Source of the DNA: an uncultured Bacilli bacterium
GTDB lineage: Bacteria > Bacillota_I > Bacilli_A > RF39 > UBA660
Reading direction: 5' to 3'
Length of the DNA stretch: 60,190 nt
Assembly (NCBI GenBank): GCA_944363925.1
Contig: CALVVS010000002.1
Span: 1 to 60,190 of the forward strand
A program made the position numbers and the translations under genes. This document shows positions 57,147 through 60,190 of the stretch, in pieces (the first letter of the stretch is position 1; the number at the start of each line of letters is the position of its first letter). Under the pieces are notes generated by a model. It was not told the DNA's origin. It searched no databases and saw only the letters and a program-made list of their open reading frames with translations.

Positions 57147-57176
57147 TAAAGTTTTTTTTCATATAAAGGAGAAAAT

Positions 57177-57434
57177 ATGGAACTATCAATAATAAATTTT
57201 AATATTCAAAATAAAGTTACAAATAAAAACTATGATGGTAAAGACGCCCCAAAACTACTAGCTAATTTTATAAATGAAATATCGCCAGATATCATATGTG
57301 TACAAGAATTAACTGATGCCTACGAAAGCAAATTAAAAATGTTCATGCCAAAAGACTTTAATATTGAAAGTGTAAATGTCATTGACAATAATTTCAGTGA
57401 CCATAAATTAGTCAAAATAAAAATTAAAAAGTAG
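57177..57434 (+). pseudogene. Endonuclease/exonuclease/phosphatase-family remnant (internal deletion)
   Basis: Keeps the N-terminal INFNIQ...DIICVQELT and the C-terminal SDHKLV motifs but is only 85 aa, against about 250 aa for the family. Confidence 0.5.
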
Positions 57435-58157
57435 CTATTTAGCTACCGCATATAACTTCTTAACCTCTTTAATACTTAAATGTCTATACTGTCCAGAAGT
57501 TAAGCCATCTAAAGTAAGACCTGCAAACCTCTCTCTTTTAAGTTTAGAAACCTTGTAACCAATCGCTTCAAACATTTTCTTAACTTGATGATTTCTTCCC
57601 TCATAAATCGTAAGTTCTATAATAGAACTTTTTTTCTTTTTATCTATTTTTTTTATCTTAACCCTAGCCTTACCAGTCTTCTTGCCATCAACCATAACGC
57701 CTTTTGCTAAACTCTTAACTAACTCAGGATTAACCACATCATCTATTTTTACTATATAAACCTTCTCCACTTCATGTGAAGGATGAATAAGTAAATTTGT
57801 AAGCTCCCCATCATTTGTCAGTAATAAAACTCCGCTAGTATCATAATCAAGCCTACCAACTGGATATAACCTATTTTCACTTTCCACAATATCGACAACT
57901 GTTTTACGCCCTTTATCATCAGAAACACTAGATACAACCCCACGCGGTTTGTAAAGTAATACATACTCTTTAGGTTCTAACTTTAAAGTAACCCCATTAA
58001 TAATAATCGTATCACTATAACTAGCCTTGCTTCCTAAAGTATTAATAACCTCGCCATTAACCGAAACTTTACCACTTAAAATTAACTCCTCTGCTTTACG
58101 CCTAGAACAATATCCACTATTCGCAATAATCTTTTGTAATCTTTCCACCGTCATCAC
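57435..58157 (-). CDS. rluB: Pseudouridine synthase, RsuA/RluB family
   Basis: S4 domain (RLQKIIANSGYCSRRKAE) and catalytic GRLDYDTSG. Confidence 0.92.
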   Translation of the reverse strand: MMTVERLQKIIANSGYCSRRKAEELILSGKVSVNGEVINTLGSKASYSDTIIINGVTLKLEPKEYVLLYKPRGVVSSVSDDKGRKTVVDIVESENRLYPVGRLDYDTSGVLLLTNDGELTNLLIHPSHEVEKVYIVKIDDVVNPELVKSLAKGVMVDGKKTGKARVKIKKIDKKKKSSIIELTIYEGRNHQVKKMFEAIGYKVSKLKRERFAGLTLDGLTSGQYRHLSIKEVKKLYAVAK

Positions 58158-58183
58158 CTAACACCAATTATACAAAATCCTAA

Positions 58184-58702
58184 TTAAAAAAACAAGGGAA
58201 CAATAATTAAAGCAAGTAAAACCATAAATAAATCAGTAAGTAACCCAGCCCATAAAGCATACCTAATCTTCTTTATACCAATCGTTCCAAAGTAAAGCGT
58301 TATCACATATATTGTCGTATCACTAGAACCTTGAATAACCGAAGCTAAAACACTAATAAAACTATCCGGGCCATATACTTTATACATATCATTAAGTAAA
58401 GCAAGGCCAAAACTTCCAGAAAGCGGCCGCATAATCGCCACCGGTAAAACTTCAGTTGGAATATGAATTAAAAGTAAAAAAGGTTTCAAAAACTGTAAAA
58501 AATAATCAATAATACCACTATTTAAAAAAATATTAACCCCAAATATCATAGCTAAAAGTGAAAAAAACATCTGTTTAACCATTGGCAAGCCTTCCTTAGC
58601 CCCACTGACAAAACTATCGTAAACATTTATCTTCTTGTAAGCTCCATAAATTATAACCGTAAGCACTATAATCGGAATAAATAAACTAGAAATCATCTTC
58701 AT
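58184..58702 (-). CDS. spmB: Spore maturation protein B
   Basis: Nucleoside-recognition-type membrane protein downstream of spmA, with a 4-nt overlap. Confidence 0.8.
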   Translation of the reverse strand: MKMISSLFIPIIVLTVIIYGAYKKINVYDSFVSGAKEGLPMVKQMFFSLLAMIFGVNIFLNSGIIDYFLQFLKPFLLLIHIPTEVLPVAIMRPLSGSFGLALLNDMYKVYGPDSFISVLASVIQGSSDTTIYVITLYFGTIGIKKIRYALWAGLLTDLFMVLLALIIVPLFF

Positions 58703-59280
58703 TTATGACTCCTCCTATTCCAAATCCTATCGATAATCAAACCGAAAATTAAAGATAAAAAACTGACAATTAAACAAGGCAGTACAATAAAAGAAGGATC
58801 ATCGCTTCCATAAAGAATTCTAAGTGAAATAATCGTCGTTGGAATTATACAAAGTCCGCATGTATTAATCACCAAAAAAGTAATCATACTCCGGCTTGCC
58901 ACATCCTTATTTTTATTTAATTTTTGAAGTGACTCCATCGCCTTTAAACCAAATGGTGTAGCCGCATTTCCAAGCCCAAACATATTAGCTATAATATTTG
59001 AAGAAATAAAACCAAAAGCTTCATGATTTTTAGGAATTTCTGGAAAAATTTTGTGCAAAAGTGGATAAATAAATTTAGAAATTTTAAAAAGTAAACCAGA
59101 TTCTCTCGCAATATTCATAATTCCAAGCCAAAGCGAAACAAGCGGAAAAACCTGCATAACCAGTTCTAAAGTCGCCTTACCACTAGATAATATCTGCGTA
59201 TTTAAAACATCACTTTTACCAGTCAAAAGTAAACATAAAGAGCCTAAAACAATAAGACCTATCCATAATTTATTAATCAT
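58699..59280 (-). CDS. spmA: Spore maturation protein A
   Basis: MINKLWIGLI... and the conserved dacB-spmA-spmB gene order. Confidence 0.8.
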   Translation of the reverse strand: MINKLWIGLIVLGSLCLLLTGKSDVLNTQILSSGKATLELVMQVFPLVSLWLGIMNIARESGLLFKISKFIYPLLHKIFPEIPKNHEAFGFISSNIIANMFGLGNAATPFGLKAMESLQKLNKNKDVASRSMITFLVINTCGLCIIPTTIISLRILYGSDDPSFIVLPCLIVSFLSLIFGLIIDRIWNRRSHK

Positions 59281-60190
59281 GTTTAAAAAAACCTATAATT
59301 CTATCCCAAAAACTAGATTTAACTTCTTTTTTCTTAACATAAATATTCTCCTTATGTATAACATCATCACCTAAATAAACATTTACAACTCCAACCTTAT
59401 CAGAAGATTTATACTTTCTTTTTTTAACAATCTCATACTTCAATCTTACAATATCTTTTTCATTTTCTCTAAGTAAATACTTAAAATCATTTTTCAAATA
59501 AAGTACATCATCCATATAATAATCTTCACCCAAAATATTAATCTCACCTTTATTTAAAATCATATATGAAGTATACTCCTCAAATGCTTTTTCATATAAA
59601 TTCTTATGATCATCCCAGTCATCACCATCGTTAATTGTCACCACTGTCAAATTTACATCATCCCGGCTAGCGCTAGTTACTAAAGTCCTCTTAGCAATCT
59701 TTGTAAATCCCGTCTTTCCACCAGTTATATATTTATAAGAACCCAAAAGTTTATTCTTGTTGTGCCACTTATAAACATTTTTATTAGTTTTTAAAGTATA
59801 ATCTTTTGTCCCTGTAATTGTTCTAAAATTTTCATTTTTCATCGCATAACTCATAAGTAAAGCCATATCGTAAGCCGAAGAAAAATTACCCTTTTCCTCA
59901 TCAAGGCCACTTGGATTATTAAAAGTCGTATCCTTCATGCCAATTTCTAAAGCCTTCTTATTCATAAGCTCCACAAACTTTTCAGTACTTCCAGATACCG
60001 CTACTGAAATAGCAAGAGCCGCATCATTACCACTCCTAAGCATAAGACCGTAAAGTAAATCTTTTATTGTAATCTCCTCACCAATCTGTATGTAAACCCC
60101 TGACCCATAAGCCTTTAAAATTTCATCACCAATTGTCACTTGCTTTTCAATATCACTATTTTCAATTGCCACAATCGCTGTCATAATTTT
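59273..60190 (-). CDS. dacB: D-alanyl-D-alanine carboxypeptidase (DacB-like), 5' end beyond the window
   Basis: SGND and KTGFT motifs. The frame stays open to the window edge, reading K-I-M-T-A. That fits the SxTK-IMTA active-site region lying just outside the window. Confidence 0.88.
   Translation of the reverse strand, partial: KIMTAIVAIENSDIEKQVTIGDEILKAYGSGVYIQIGEEITIKDLLYGLMLRSGNDAALAISVAVSGSTEKFVELMNKKALEIGMKDTTFNNPSGLDEEKGNFSSAYDMALLMSYAMKNENFRTITGTKDYTLKTNKNVYKWHNKNKLLGSYKYITGGKTGFTKIAKRTLVTSASRDDVNLTVVTINDGDDWDDHKNLYEKAFEEYTSYMILNKGEINILGEDYYMDDVLYLKNDFKYLLRENEKDIVRLKYEIVKKRKYKSSDKVGVVNVYLGDDVIHKENIYVKKKEVKSSFWDRIIGFFKHD

Noticed and set aside
1-60190. A search by eye for tRNA, rRNA, tmRNA or riboswitch-like conserved cores in the intergenic regions
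   Set aside because: I recognised none. The intergenic regions are short and AT-rich, apart from those described. The only leader flagged, at low confidence, is the infC/L20 leader.

Overview
AT-rich chromosomal segment from a spore-forming low-GC Firmicute (gerA operon, spmAB, CotD-like coat protein). It is mostly minus-strand housekeeping operons: sufCDS, ffh, uppP, tex, dinB, miaA-queA-ruvBA, fmt-priA, tig-mraY, infC-rpmI-rplT, rimP-nusA-ylxR-infB-rbfA, rluB-spmBA-dacB. A ~12 kb accessory island (about 22.6-34.8 kb) lies between priA and tig. Its centrepiece is a complete diversity-generating retroelement (DGR). The parts are a secreted target protein with a C-terminal variable repeat (VR 28677-28780), a template repeat (TR 28362-28465), an Avd-like ORF and a DGR-type reverse transcriptase. 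TR and VR differ at 17 positions, all of them TR adenines on the coding strand. The cassette also holds an unusual stand-alone MutS-domain-I-like ORF between TR and avd. Two paralogous AAA/DUF4143-type ATPase genes bracket the DGR, and each is preceded by three direct repeats at exact 23-bp spacing. The island also carries an IS1634-like element flanked by a 148-bp direct repeat, an XRE regulator, decaying RelB/YafQ modules, an Rpn-like nuclease and a serine hydrolase. Outside the island I see five things of note: a tandemly duplicated type I toxin-antitoxin-like module (25-aa hydrophobic peptide with a convergent small RNA); a mazEF cassette bounded by a perfect 31-bp direct repeat; an ADP-ribosylglycohydrolase/esterase fusion coupled to an ASCH gene; an L20 with a Rho_N-like tail; and two tandem small paralogs between infB and rbfA. 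I recognised no rRNA, tRNA or CRISPR array. All calls come from reading the sequence and motif recall; no searches were run.
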